In this document: piece after piece, positions 42,307-52,342 of the stretch | How positions within the stretch are numbered: the stretch's first letter is position 1 | Layout: every line of letters starts with the position of its first letter | Notes under the pieces: generated by a model | Databases searched by the model: none | What the model was told of the DNA's origin: nothing | Seen by the model: the letters and a program-made list of their open reading frames with translations, nothing else | Program-made: the position numbers and the translations under genes | NCBI GenBank assembly: GCA_963706955.1 | Contig: CAVPOC010000003.1 | Span: 512,001 to 576,000 of the forward strand | Reading direction: 5' to 3' | From: an uncultured Verrucomicrobiae bacterium | GTDB lineage: Bacteria > Verrucomicrobiota > Verrucomicrobiia > Chthoniobacterales > Terrimicrobiaceae | DNA: 64,000 nucleotides

Positions 42307-42434
42307 TGTAGCGGTCATGTCCTCACCGCCGAGCGTTGTCGCGGCGGTCTTCTCAACGTCGAGAGCTCTCTTTTTGTAGCGACCGTGTCCTCACGGTCGA
42401 GGGGTTTGCCGACGGTGGGGACACCGCCACTACA
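42307..42434. repeat. Cluster of three GTAG-type REP units
   Basis: TGTAGCGG at 42307, TGTAGCGACCGTGTCCTCACGGTCG at 42375, and inverted CGACGGTGGGGACACCGCCACTACA. Confidence 0.75.
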
Positions 42435-42475
42435 GCGTTGCCACAGCTCAGGCGTGATATGAAGTTTTGCGACCT

Positions 42476-43339
42476 TTAGTGCGGTCGAAGAACACCTTTG
42501 GACAGCAGAGCGAGGAGCGTGGCACCGAGCAAGGTACGGTAGAGAGAAAATGGCAAAAAGCTGCGTTTGGAGATGAACCTCATGAGCAGGGAGATGGTTG
42601 CGAGGCCGACAGCGAAGGAGACGCAGGTCGCCAGAGCGATCTTCTTGAGGCTGTAAGGGCCGGGTTTGCGGAGACTATCTCTCAGCTCATACAATCCGCT
42701 GGCGAAGACGGCTGGCACGGCCAGCAGAAAAGCGTATTCGGCCGCCGCAGGTCTCGAAAACCCAAGTGCGAGACCCATCGTCGTCGTGGCGCCCGAGCGT
42801 GACACGCCCGGAATCAAAGCTAGCGCCTGAGCGACTCCGCAGAGGAGGCCATCGCCCAACCCAAAGTCATGGAGTTCTCGCGTGCCGGTGCCAATCCGAT
42901 CGGCCACGCCGAGCGCTACGCCGAAAACAATTAGAACGACGGCGGTCAGCTTAAGCGAACGAAAAGCGGAGCGAATCTGGTCCTGCGCCAAATAGCCTGC
43001 CAATCCGATTGGAACCGTTCCGATGATGATTTGCCAGCCCATGCGTGCATCGGAGTCATTTCGCGGAACCTCGCCGGGAAGACTCCGGATCCACGCACTG
43101 GCGATGCGCGCAATGTCCCGACGAAAATAGACCAGCACCGCCGCCTCGGTGCCGATCTGGGTAATTGCCGTAAAGGCGGACCCAGGATCCGTCGCTGAAG
43201 GAAGAAATTCGCCGGCAATTCGAAGATGCGCGCTCGAGGAAATGGGGAGAAACTCAGTCGCCCCCTGAACGACGCCAAGAACAACCGGCTCGATGAGACT
43301 CACGTGCTCAAGTTGCTTCGGGAATGGCAAGTCAACCAT
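42476..43339 (-). CDS. uppP: Undecaprenyl-diphosphate phosphatase (BacA family)
   Basis: GVVQGATEFLPISSSAH, AQALALIPGVSRSGAT. Start uncertain. Confidence 0.92.
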   Translation of the reverse strand: MVDLPFPKQLEHVSLIEPVVLGVVQGATEFLPISSSAHLRIAGEFLPSATDPGSAFTAITQIGTEAAVLVYFRRDIARIASAWIRSLPGEVPRNDSDARMGWQIIIGTVPIGLAGYLAQDQIRSAFRSLKLTAVVLIVFGVALGVADRIGTGTRELHDFGLGDGLLCGVAQALALIPGVSRSGATTTMGLALGFSRPAAAEYAFLLAVPAVFASGLYELRDSLRKPGPYSLKKIALATCVSFAVGLATISLLMRFISKRSFLPFSLYRTLLGATLLALLSKGVLRPH

Positions 43340-43415
43340 CCGAACGCGACAGATCCGACAACCAGGTTGACCTTGGACATGGTCAACACCGTTCTTCCTT
43401 CTCTTTTCGCGGAAG

Positions 43416-44651
43416 TCATTTCTTCTCAACGCCCGGATGGGAATTGCTGGCCGGTTTGATCTTGACTAGGTCGTTGTCAGCCAGACTGTCCGACGGATTA
43501 ACAATCAGCTGATCGCTTTCGGAAAGCCCTTGGACCTGTAACGTGTTGCCGAGATCCCGATTGATCTTGATCTCGCGTATGGAGACCTTGCCCTCAGGGC
43601 CGACAACCCCGACGGCAGGGCCTTCCTCACGGAAGAGCAGCACATTTTCGGGGACCAACAGCGATTGGGAGTCACTTTCCAACTGAAAATGCACGTTCGT
43701 GTAAGCGCCCGGAAAAAGCTTGCCGTCTGTATTGGGAACCGCCAGCTGCGTCAGCAGTGTGCGCGTCGTTGGGTCGATAGCCCCCGCAGTCGCGACGATC
43801 TCCGCCGGAAAGTCGGCGCTAGGAAAGCTGGAGAAGGTCAAGTTCGCCTTGGTGCCCGCTTTGACAGAGGCGGCCAGGCTTTCGGGCACGTTGACGTAGA
43901 CGCGAAGAGGAGATACCTGCGAAATGATAAACAAGGGGCTGCCCGAACCCGCATTGATGAGAGCTCCGATGTCGGTGTTGCGGGCGGTCACAGTTCCATC
44001 AAAAGGCGCTCGAAGCACCTTGAAAGCTTCCATCGCCTCCAGCTGCCCCAGGTTGGCCTGCTCGGCGATGACTGTGGCCTGTTTGGCTTGGAGGTCGCCA
44101 GATTGGTTATCGAAATCTTGTTGAGAAATGACTTTCTTGCTGAGCAGGTCAGCCTGTCGACTGTAGGTTGTTTGCGAAACCCAAAGCGCAGCTTGCGACT
44201 GCTGGAGATTTGCCCTGGCTTGGGCGAGTTGCTGATCCAGCGCCGGCGTCTCAATCTCGGCGAGAATGTCGCCCATTTTCACCTTCGCACCGATATCGCT
44301 GTACCATTTCTTCAGATATCCATTCACCTGCGCATGAATCGGAGCCTGGGTATAGGCTTCCGTCTCGCCGGGAAGATTCAATCTCACCGTGCTAGGTACT
44401 TTCTCGGGCCGGACGATCTCGACGAAATGCTGATCCAGCATGCCGGTCGTCTCTTGAAGTTCCTTGAATTGAAAGTGCCGCGAGGTGAAGCCAATCACCG
44501 CGGCCACCAAAAAACCGGCGGCCATTAGCAACAGCCAGAACTTTAGGCGCCTGGGCGTTGGCCGGGCGGCTCGCACATCTGACTCCTTGTCGAGCTCGGC
44601 GCGCGGAGGATGCCCAGTGTTGGGTGGCGTGGAAGCCGAATCCTGATTCAC
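43416..44651 (-). CDS. RND efflux periplasmic adaptor (membrane fusion protein)
   Basis: N-terminal TM, GYLKKWYSDIG..VK.GD.LAEI, LRAPFDG.VT.R, IDPTTRT. Confidence 0.92.
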   Translation of the reverse strand: MNQDSASTPPNTGHPPRAELDKESDVRAARPTPRRLKFWLLLMAAGFLVAAVIGFTSRHFQFKELQETTGMLDQHFVEIVRPEKVPSTVRLNLPGETEAYTQAPIHAQVNGYLKKWYSDIGAKVKMGDILAEIETPALDQQLAQARANLQQSQAALWVSQTTYSRQADLLSKKVISQQDFDNQSGDLQAKQATVIAEQANLGQLEAMEAFKVLRAPFDGTVTARNTDIGALINAGSGSPLFIISQVSPLRVYVNVPESLAASVKAGTKANLTFSSFPSADFPAEIVATAGAIDPTTRTLLTQLAVPNTDGKLFPGAYTNVHFQLESDSQSLLVPENVLLFREEGPAVGVVGPEGKVSIREIKINRDLGNTLQVQGLSESDQLIVNPSDSLADNDLVKIKPASNSHPGVEKK

Positions 44652-44655
44652 GCGC

Positions 44656-47600
44656 TCAGGGTCTAGCGACCTCCGGGATTTTCAGCCTGGCAGGCATGCG
44701 TCCTCGGACGAGTTTGAACACGGTTGGAACTAGGAAGAGAGTCGCGCCCGTCGCGAAGATCAGCCCACCGATTACCGCGCGGCCAAGCGGCGCATTTTGC
44801 TCTCCGCCTTCTCCCAGCCCCAAAGCCATTGGGAACATTCCGATGATCATTGCGCCAGCGGTCATCAGCACAGGGCGGATGCGAGTGTATCCGGCCTCGA
44901 GCCCCGCCAAATACGAGTCTTGCGTTTCTTCGAACCGCTGATTTGCGAACGTAATGACGAGAACGCTGTTCGCCGTCGCCACACCCATGCACATGATTGC
45001 CCCCATTAGCGCCGGCACACTTAAAGTGGTCTCGGTCATGAAAAGCATCCAGATGATGCCCGCCAGAGCGACCGGCAGTGCTGTAATAATGATTAAGGGT
45101 TCACTCCAGGATTGGAAGTTCACCACCATCAAAAGGTAGACAAGGACCATCGCGAAGACTAGTCCCACATAGAGGCCGAAAAACGAGTCTTTCATCGTGG
45201 CGACTTGTCCGCGAAGGGTAACAACGCTCCCGCGAGGCACCTCCTTCTTAAAATCATCTATCGTCCGCTGCACGTCACGCGAGACCGCGCCAAGGTCGCG
45301 GCCATCCACGCCACCAAAAATATTAATGACTGGGCGAATGTTGAAGCGATCCATCACCGGCGACGTCTGGCTTCGCGAAATGGCTGCCACATTGGCGAGA
45401 ATTTGATTCTGGCCCGTTGTGCTTCCAAGGACCGGCAGATTCATGAGTGCGCCAGGCGAGCTGATATCATACTGAGGCACCATCGCATTAAGCTGATAGC
45501 TGATGCCGTTTTGGGGATCGACCCAGAAATTCGGGCTCACTTGCTGAGAACCGGAGAGCGCTCCTAAGATGCTATTAGCGACGTTCTGTTCCGTCAGTCC
45601 CAGTATCGAAGCCTTCGTCCGGTCGACGGTGATGTCGAGTCGCGGAGCGTCGTTCGGTTCCTGGATTCTCAGGTCAACCAGCCCGGGAATCTTTCGTAGT
45701 GCGCTCAACAACTTACCGGCAAAGCGAAAGATCTCGTCGCGATCGGATCCGACGATCTGGACGTCAATTGGCGCGGGGAGTCCAAAATTGAGGATTTGAG
45801 CCACAATATCCGCCGGCGGAAACCAGACGGTCACGTCCGGAAACTGCCTGCGCATCTCGAGTCGGATCTTCCGCACGAAATCGTTTGTCGGGTCGTGTCC
45901 CTCCTGCAGCGACACCAGGATGTCGCCATCGGCCGGGCTGACCGTGCCTGTGTTATTGTAGGAGGTGTTTATGCCGCTGTAAGGAAGGCCGAGATTATCG
46001 ATGATTTCGCCTAATTGAGCGGCCGGGATGATCTTGCGAATCATCTGTTCGATCTCGTCCACGGTCCGGGCAGTTTCCTCGATACGCGTGCCAGACTTCA
46101 TCCGGACGTGCATGTCAAAACGGCCGGCGTCCACCGAAGGAAAGAAATCTTCGCCGAGAAAGGGAAAGAGAAAGCCGGAGGCGAGCACGAATCCAATGAC
46201 CAGAAGAACCACCTTTCTGCTGTTGCTTAGAAAGATACTTAACAAGTCGCGATAACTTTCGCGGAAACGTTCGAAGCGGCGCTCGAAGCCGCGTTGAATG
46301 GCCGCGGCCCCCGCGAGAAGAAAGAACTGAGGGCGTCCGCGTCCCGGCGTTTCAGAGTGTCCTTTCATCCAGTACATGGCCAGGGTCGGCACGAGCGTTC
46401 GCGAAAGAACATAAGAAGCCAACATGGCAAAGATGACTGCCTGTGCCAACGGGACGAACAGGTATTTCGCGACACCGGACAAAAAGAAAATCGGGACAAA
46501 CACGATGCAGATGCAAAGGGTCGAGACAAAAGCCGGGACGGCGATCTGGGCCGCACCGTCGCGGATGCTATCGATGACCGATTTTCCCTCCGCAAGGTGC
46601 CGATCAATATTCTCGATGGTCACGGTTGCGTCATCGACGAGAATGCCAACGGCGAGGGCGAGGCCGCCAAGAGTCATGATGTTAATCGTCTGCCCGATTG
46701 CGCTTAACATCGAAAGCGAAGCGAGGATCGAGAGCGGAATGGAAATCGCGATGATTAGGGTGCTCTTCCAATCTCCCAAAAAGAGCAAAATCATCACCGC
46801 GGTGAGACACGCGGCAATAATGCCTTCGCGAACAACACCGGAAATCGCCCCGGTGACAAATATCGATTGGTCTGCCAGCAGAGAAATGTCTGCTCCCTCC
46901 GGCAAGATTTGCTTCAGGAGAGGCAGACGATCTTTCACACCCTGCACAATGTCCAGGGTGGATGCCGTGCCGGTCTTTTGCACATCGAGCATTGTCCCGC
47001 GCGAGCCGTTGAAGCGGACGATATTTGTTTGCGGGATATTTCCGCTGCGGACGTTGGCCACATCCCGGACATATAGTGTAGTGCCATTCGACAGCGTCTT
47101 AATGGGAAGCGAATTAAGTTGAGAGAGTTCCGGCGGACTGGCATTCAGGCCCACTTGATACTCGTAGCGGCCGATCTTGACCGTCCCCGATGGCAAGATC
47201 AGATTTTGCGCGCTGATCGCGTTGATCACGTCGGCCGGAACCAACCCCTGCGCTTGCAGCGCTTGATAATTGAGGTCCACCGAAACGTAACGCATCTTGC
47301 CGCCGTACGGATAGGGAACCGCAGCGCCTGGAATCGTAATCAACTGGATGCGCACGACGTTCAGCGCCAGATCGTTCAGGTTTTGCTCAGACAAACTCTT
47401 CCCTCCCAACCCTACGCGAACAACCGGGACGTTCGACGCCGTGTAGCTTATTACCAACGGCGGGGTGGTTCCGTTGGGCAACTGCCTGAGGATGGTCTGC
47501 GATATCGCCGTGATTTGCGCGACGGCTTTGGGAAGGCTCGCCGTCGGTTGGAGGAAAACCTTAATGACGACGATTCCGTAGAGCGATTGCGACTCGATGT

Positions 47601-47838
47601 GCTGGATATCATCAACCGTCGTCGTCAGGACACGCTCATACGGAGAAGTGATGTGCGCCTCGACCTGGTCGGGCGACATTCCCGCATAATTGAAAATAAT
47701 CGACACCACCGGGATGTCGATGTTCGGGAAGATGTCCTTGGGAGTCCTTACGATGCAAAGAACACCTGTAATTAAAATGAAGATCGCGAGAACGATGAAG
47801 GTCAGCGGCCTTCTCAGAGCAAGATCGACGATCCACAT
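44656..47838 (-). CDS. RND efflux permease (AcrB/CzcA superfamily)
   Basis: 1060 aa; GILVDDA.V..EN, R.RP.LMT, PLGRAVIGGL. Confidence 0.95.
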   Translation of the reverse strand: MWIVDLALRRPLTFIVLAIFILITGVLCIVRTPKDIFPNIDIPVVSIIFNYAGMSPDQVEAHITSPYERVLTTTVDDIQHIESQSLYGIVVIKVFLQPTASLPKAVAQITAISQTILRQLPNGTTPPLVISYTASNVPVVRVGLGGKSLSEQNLNDLALNVVRIQLITIPGAAVPYPYGGKMRYVSVDLNYQALQAQGLVPADVINAISAQNLILPSGTVKIGRYEYQVGLNASPPELSQLNSLPIKTLSNGTTLYVRDVANVRSGNIPQTNIVRFNGSRGTMLDVQKTGTASTLDIVQGVKDRLPLLKQILPEGADISLLADQSIFVTGAISGVVREGIIAACLTAVMILLFLGDWKSTLIIAISIPLSILASLSMLSAIGQTINIMTLGGLALAVGILVDDATVTIENIDRHLAEGKSVIDSIRDGAAQIAVPAFVSTLCICIVFVPIFFLSGVAKYLFVPLAQAVIFAMLASYVLSRTLVPTLAMYWMKGHSETPGRGRPQFFLLAGAAAIQRGFERRFERFRESYRDLLSIFLSNSRKVVLLVIGFVLASGFLFPFLGEDFFPSVDAGRFDMHVRMKSGTRIEETARTVDEIEQMIRKIIPAAQLGEIIDNLGLPYSGINTSYNNTGTVSPADGDILVSLQEGHDPTNDFVRKIRLEMRRQFPDVTVWFPPADIVAQILNFGLPAPIDVQIVGSDRDEIFRFAGKLLSALRKIPGLVDLRIQEPNDAPRLDITVDRTKASILGLTEQNVANSILGALSGSQQVSPNFWVDPQNGISYQLNAMVPQYDISSPGALMNLPVLGSTTGQNQILANVAAISRSQTSPVMDRFNIRPVINIFGGVDGRDLGAVSRDVQRTIDDFKKEVPRGSVVTLRGQVATMKDSFFGLYVGLVFAMVLVYLLMVVNFQSWSEPLIIITALPVALAGIIWMLFMTETTLSVPALMGAIMCMGVATANSVLVITFANQRFEETQDSYLAGLEAGYTRIRPVLMTAGAMIIGMFPMALGLGEGGEQNAPLGRAVIGGLIFATGATLFLVPTVFKLVRGRMPARLKIPEVARP

Positions 47839-48025
47839 TGCAGATACCCGAAATGCCTAGCGACAGAAAAGCCAGATCGCCGGCATTCGGAGCATACACC
47901 TTCCTAACCGCGGACAAAAAGTATTCTTTCGCGCGAGCTACCCAGCTCGGCGGCAAGGTAGCCTTGGGGCTGTTTGCGGGCGCGAGATTCGACGAGGCGA
48001 CTGGCATCGCCGCCCTCCTTAAGAT

Positions 48026-48656
48026 TGTAGCGCCGATGTCCCCATCGGCGTCTGGCGGCAGGTCCCCCGACGGTGAGGACACCGTCGCTACCAAATCCCG
48101 CGCTTGCCACGACGCGTTAATTCACTCAGCGCCGCCGCGAATCCGCTGGATCCCGCAAAGCCCGCCTTTCCGGTGCGACGTCCAGCCGCACAGCTCGGCA
48201 CCGCTTGCTTTACTGTAGCGCCGATGTCCCCATCGGCGTCTGGCGGCAGGTCCCCCGACGGTGAGGACACCGTCGCTACCAAATCCCGCAGCTTGCCACG
48301 ACGCGTTAATTCACTCAGCGCCGCCGCGAATCCGCTGGATCCCGCAAAGCCCGCCTTTTCGGTGCGACGTCCAGCCGCACAGCTCGGCACCGCTTGCTTT
48401 ACTGTAGCGCCGATGTCCCCATCCGCGACTGGCGGCAGGCCCTCGACGCTGAGGACACCGTCGCTACCAAATCCCGCAGCTTGGCCACGACGCGTTAATT
48501 CACTCAGCGCCGCCGCGAATCCGCTAGATCCCGCAAGCCCGCCTTTTCGGTGCGACGTCCAGCCGCACACCTCGGCACCGCTTGCTTTACTGTAGCGCCG
48601 ATGTCCCCATCGGCGACTGGTGGCAGGCCCTCGACGGTGGGGACACCGTCGCTACA
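48026..48656. repeat. BIME-like tandem array: four REP doublets separated by three near-identical spacers (period 188-189 bp)
   Basis: TGTAGCGCCGATGTCCCCATC starts at 48026, 48214, 48403 and 48591; each is paired with inverted CGACGGTG(A/G)GGACACCGTCGCTAC. Confidence 0.92.
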
Positions 48657-48745
48657 TATCTCGCAGCTGCCCTCCGCGGCGCAGTGGCAGCGGCAACCGG
48701 CGCCGCGGCGGAAGCTTTCTAATAACTGAGTCCGCGGCGCGACTT

Positions 48746-49249
48746 TTAGCCGCACATTCGGGCCATCGCTTGCTTTAACTCCTCTGGAGGTACTTCACGA
48801 AGGTGCGTCGCTACTGACCATTGATGACCGAACGGATCCTCCAGCTTGCCGTAGCGGTCACCCCAGAACATGTCTTCAACCGGCACTGTAACCTTCGCTC
48901 CGGCCTGAACCGCTTGCTCAACCACGGTATCAACATCGTCGACATAGAGGTGGATTGTCACCGGCGAACCCTTCAACGATTTCGGACCCACCATCCCCCA
49001 TTCGGGAGATTCATCAACAAGCATCACTACCGAGTCGCCAATTCGGATCTCACCGTGCATGAGCTTTCCACCCTCACCAGCCAAACGGCTAATTTCGACG
49101 GCGTTGAAGGCCCTTTTGTAGAATTCGATCGCATCCGCGGCGCCTGCACACACGATGTGCGGCGTGATGGAATGCATGCCCTCGGGAAGTGGTTTATTCG
49201 CGCGACTCGTCGATGTCGAGGCGGCTTCTTCTGCAAGTTCTGATTTCAT
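48746..49249 (-). CDS. VOC/PhnB-like glyoxalase family protein
   Basis: PEGMHSITPH, AIEFYKRAF, DMFWGDRYGKLEDPFGHQW. Confidence 0.92.
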   Translation of the reverse strand: MKSELAEEAASTSTSRANKPLPEGMHSITPHIVCAGAADAIEFYKRAFNAVEISRLAGEGGKLMHGEIRIGDSVVMLVDESPEWGMVGPKSLKGSPVTIHLYVDDVDTVVEQAVQAGAKVTVPVEDMFWGDRYGKLEDPFGHQWSVATHLREVPPEELKQAMARMCG

Positions 49250-49296
49250 GTTTCTTTTTTCTGTGTGTAAATCGGCCAACGGCCTTTCCGATGTTT

Positions 49297-49323
49297 AACG
49301 AACCAATCGTTGGATTTTGGACA
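49297..49323 (-). promoter_or_regulatory. ECF-sigma-like promoter TGTCC-N15-GTTCGTT
   Basis: About 48 nt upstream of the ATG at 49249; shared motif. Confidence 0.55.
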
Positions 49324-49461
49324 GGCGGGCCAAATTTTTTTCTACTTTAAGTTTCGCCCGCGCAGAGCCAGAAGGCTAGGGACAACCCATGGAAATTATG
49401 CAGGAGGCGGGCAAGCGAAGATTTAGAAACGCTTCAGAGAAGCCTCCTCGATAGGCAAAAC

Positions 49462-50478
49462 ATGAGACAAGTTTTCATCACCGGCCACGGTGGACCAGAC
49501 AAGTTACACGTGCGCGAGGCGCCGGACCCGACACCAGGTCCAGGCGAGGTGCGAATTCGTGTCCAAGCCATTGGCATTAACTTCGCCGACATCCTCGCGC
49601 GCCAGGGTCTGTATCAGGATGCGCCCAAGGTCCCCTGCGTCGTCGGCTATGAAGCTTGCGGCGTAATCGACGCCACGGGCTCGGGAGTAGACGCCTCCTG
49701 GGTTGGCAAGGACGCTGTTGCCTTGACACGCTTCGGAGGCTATTCGGACGTCGTCATTGTGCCGATGGCGCAGGTCTTCGAGAAGCCGGGCTCGCTCTCG
49801 CTCGAGCGCGCCGCGGCAGTTCCTGTAAACTACCTGACCGCATGGCAGTTGCTCGTGGTCATGGGTTCGTTGAAGGCAAACGAAACGGTCCTGATTCACA
49901 ACGCCGGCGGTGGCGTCGGACTAGCCGCCATCGACATCGCCCGCCATATCGGTGCCACGATCTTCGGCACCGCGAGTAGCAGCAAACATCCCTTCCTCAA
50001 ACAACGCGGTCTGCATGAAGCAATCGACTACCGTACGCGCGACTGGACACTTGAGCTCGCTCGGCTGACCAATGGCAAGGGCGTCGAGCTCGTCATCGAT
50101 CCCATTGGCGGCGCCCATTGGCGGAAGAGCTTCAAAGCACTGCGCTCGACTGGACGGCTCGGAATGTTCGGAATCTCCGCGGCGACCACCTCAAAGTTAT
50201 TCGGGCCTCTCCGCATGCTGCCTGTGGCGCTGGGAATGCCGCTTTTTCATCCAATTCCGCTCGTCAATGGCAACAAATCTGTCTTTGGCGTGAACATCGG
50301 ACATCTTTGGCATGAGAGAGAGATGATCGCCGGTTGGATGCAGATCGTGCTGCAGGGGGTTGCCGATGGCTGGGTTCGCCCTCATGTCGACAAGGTCTTC
50401 CCGCTGGCTCAGGCCGGGGACGCTCACACGTATATCGAAGAGCGCAAGAATATCGGCAAAGTCGTCCTCGTAACCTGA
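49462..50478 (+). CDS. MDR-family (VAT-1-like/quinone) oxidoreductase
   Basis: GINFAD...G.Y, VPVNYLTAW, HNAGGGVG, RKNIGKVVL. Confidence 0.9.
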   Translation: MRQVFITGHGGPDKLHVREAPDPTPGPGEVRIRVQAIGINFADILARQGLYQDAPKVPCVVGYEACGVIDATGSGVDASWVGKDAVALTRFGGYSDVVIVPMAQVFEKPGSLSLERAAAVPVNYLTAWQLLVVMGSLKANETVLIHNAGGGVGLAAIDIARHIGATIFGTASSSKHPFLKQRGLHEAIDYRTRDWTLELARLTNGKGVELVIDPIGGAHWRKSFKALRSTGRLGMFGISAATTSKLFGPLRMLPVALGMPLFHPIPLVNGNKSVFGVNIGHLWHEREMIAGWMQIVLQGVADGWVRPHVDKVFPLAQAGDAHTYIEERKNIGKVVLVT

Positions 50479-50504
50479 GCACAGGGGGGCGGTTGGTTGA
50501 TGGT

Positions 50505-52187
50505 TTAGAAAGTCGCGGCTTCCCGCATGCCGGCTTTCTTCGCTTTAATATTGATCAGAAACTGACCAGCGACAAACAAAGCCAGAACGATTAGGATCGC
50601 TGAGAAGACGCTGTTGAGCAGGGACGCGTCAAAGCCAGCCGCCTGTTGATAGCTGGCATAGCTAATCTTGATCAGAGCCCACAGCGTTATGATCAGAACA
50701 AAGATTAACGGCACCAATGTGAAGGCTATCGGCTTGCCACTTTGCCTGAGCCACATTGTAACCGAGAGGAGCGTCAGCGCGGCCAGGAGCTGGTTCGAGG
50801 CGCCGAAAAGGGTCCAGAACTTGATCCAAGAACCTTCTCCCGCCATCGAGAGAATCAATGCCGGCGCCCCGACCGTGAGCAGGGTAGCGATGGCGGCCCC
50901 AGGCAGCGTCTTCATTCCAGTGAGTTCTTGAATCAAATAACGGCCCAGCCTGGTGGCGACGTCGATGGTATCGAAGACGAATGTCGAAAAAGCCATGGCA
51001 CCAAAGGTGATCGCAAACGGCAAATGCTCCTTACCTATGATTAAGGTAAGAAATTCGCCAAGGCCGTTGCCATAGATGGTCCCGGGCTTGAGTCCGCGCA
51101 CCTGATCGGCTGACATGATCATGACGGCCGAAAGCGCGAGCACGGCAACCAGGCCCTCGGCGAGCATGGCCCCGTAACCGATACTATGCATGTCGGATTC
51201 CTTATCGATCTGTTTGCAGGTGGTGCCGGAACACACCAGACCGTGAAAACCTGAGCATGCCCCGCACGCGATCGTTACGAAAAGGAACGGGAAGAGCGAC
51301 CCCGTGAGACCGCCAACTTCCCAGCCTTTGAAGGCAGGCTGTTGAATCGTATAGCCGCCAAAGAAAACACCGATCAACCCAATCGCCAGCGCAGAATAAA
51401 GGACAAATCCACCAAGATAGCCACGCGGCTGCAAGAGAAGCCAGACCGGACAGATCGAAGCCAGGAAACAATAGCCGCAGATCAGGAGCGCCCAAGTCTT
51501 CGCGTCGAATGAGAACAAAGTGGAAAACCATGTCCCCATCCAAACGACCCCAAAAGTCGCAGGAACAAATATTAACGTCAGCAGCCACAAAGGCGGATCG
51601 AACAATTTTTTCGTTACCCCCATGACGACTGCGAGAAGGAGGTAGAAAATACTTGCGGCGGCCACGGCCCCGCCGGGATTGAAATTAATTTTGGCTCCTT
51701 TGAGCTCATCGGTCACTGCGACAAAGCTGCTCGCGGTGATGTCCGCGAAGGCGACGATCACGTAGATCAAGGCGATCCAAATGAAGGCCATCATCGCCCG
51801 GCCGGCAGGCGAGCTGATCCGCTCCTTAGCCACCTCGGCGATGGAACAGGCACCGTGCCGCACGCTCGCGGCCAGACTCATGAAATCGTGGACAGCCCCG
51901 ATCAAAACGACCCCAAGTGCAATCCACAGCAGGCAAGGGAGCCAGCCGAATGCCAGACATGCCGCGATCGGTCCCGCGATCGGACCCGCCGCGGCTATCG
52001 CCGAAAAATGCTGGCCAAAAAGGTAAAACGTTTTCGTGGGGACGAAGTCTTCGTCGTCATTGACCTTGTGCGCGGGAGTGATCCTCGTGTCGTCGAGCGC
52101 CAGAACCTTTGAGATCCACCGACCATAAGAAAAATAGGCGACACTGATCAGGACCAAGAAAACAGCTGCAATACCCGCAATGCTCAT
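50505..52187 (-). CDS. cstA: Carbon starvation protein A family transporter
   Basis: TPAH..ND..DFVPT, GQHFSAIAAAGPI.GP, LLQPRGYL, TIACGACSGFH, WTLFGASNQLLA. Confidence 0.92.
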   Translation of the reverse strand: MSIAGIAAVFLVLISVAYFSYGRWISKVLALDDTRITPAHKVNDDEDFVPTKTFYLFGQHFSAIAAAGPIAGPIAACLAFGWLPCLLWIALGVVLIGAVHDFMSLAASVRHGACSIAEVAKERISSPAGRAMMAFIWIALIYVIVAFADITASSFVAVTDELKGAKINFNPGGAVAAASIFYLLLAVVMGVTKKLFDPPLWLLTLIFVPATFGVVWMGTWFSTLFSFDAKTWALLICGYCFLASICPVWLLLQPRGYLGGFVLYSALAIGLIGVFFGGYTIQQPAFKGWEVGGLTGSLFPFLFVTIACGACSGFHGLVCSGTTCKQIDKESDMHSIGYGAMLAEGLVAVLALSAVMIMSADQVRGLKPGTIYGNGLGEFLTLIIGKEHLPFAITFGAMAFSTFVFDTIDVATRLGRYLIQELTGMKTLPGAAIATLLTVGAPALILSMAGEGSWIKFWTLFGASNQLLAALTLLSVTMWLRQSGKPIAFTLVPLIFVLIITLWALIKISYASYQQAAGFDASLLNSVFSAILIVLALFVAGQFLINIKAKKAGMREAATF

Positions 52188-52342
52188 TGCCTAAAAGGAA
52201 ACAAAGATGGGAATGATTATAAAGGGAGGACGAGGACGACTTAGCAATCGTCTTTTCACTTCTTCCTTCTGGATTCTCTTTCCATACTTTATTCGTCCAT
52301 ACATGGAATCTCAATCTTGTAGTCTCGGTGGGTGATCTGCAA

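Noticed and set aside
48026..48656. CRISPR array
   Set aside because: Spacers are near-identical and about 120 bp, the repeats are REP doublets found throughout the window, and there are no cas genes.
47838..48755. Repetitive ORFs across the tandem array
   Set aside because: Translations of the REP/BIME units on both strands; unit lengths vary and break frame.
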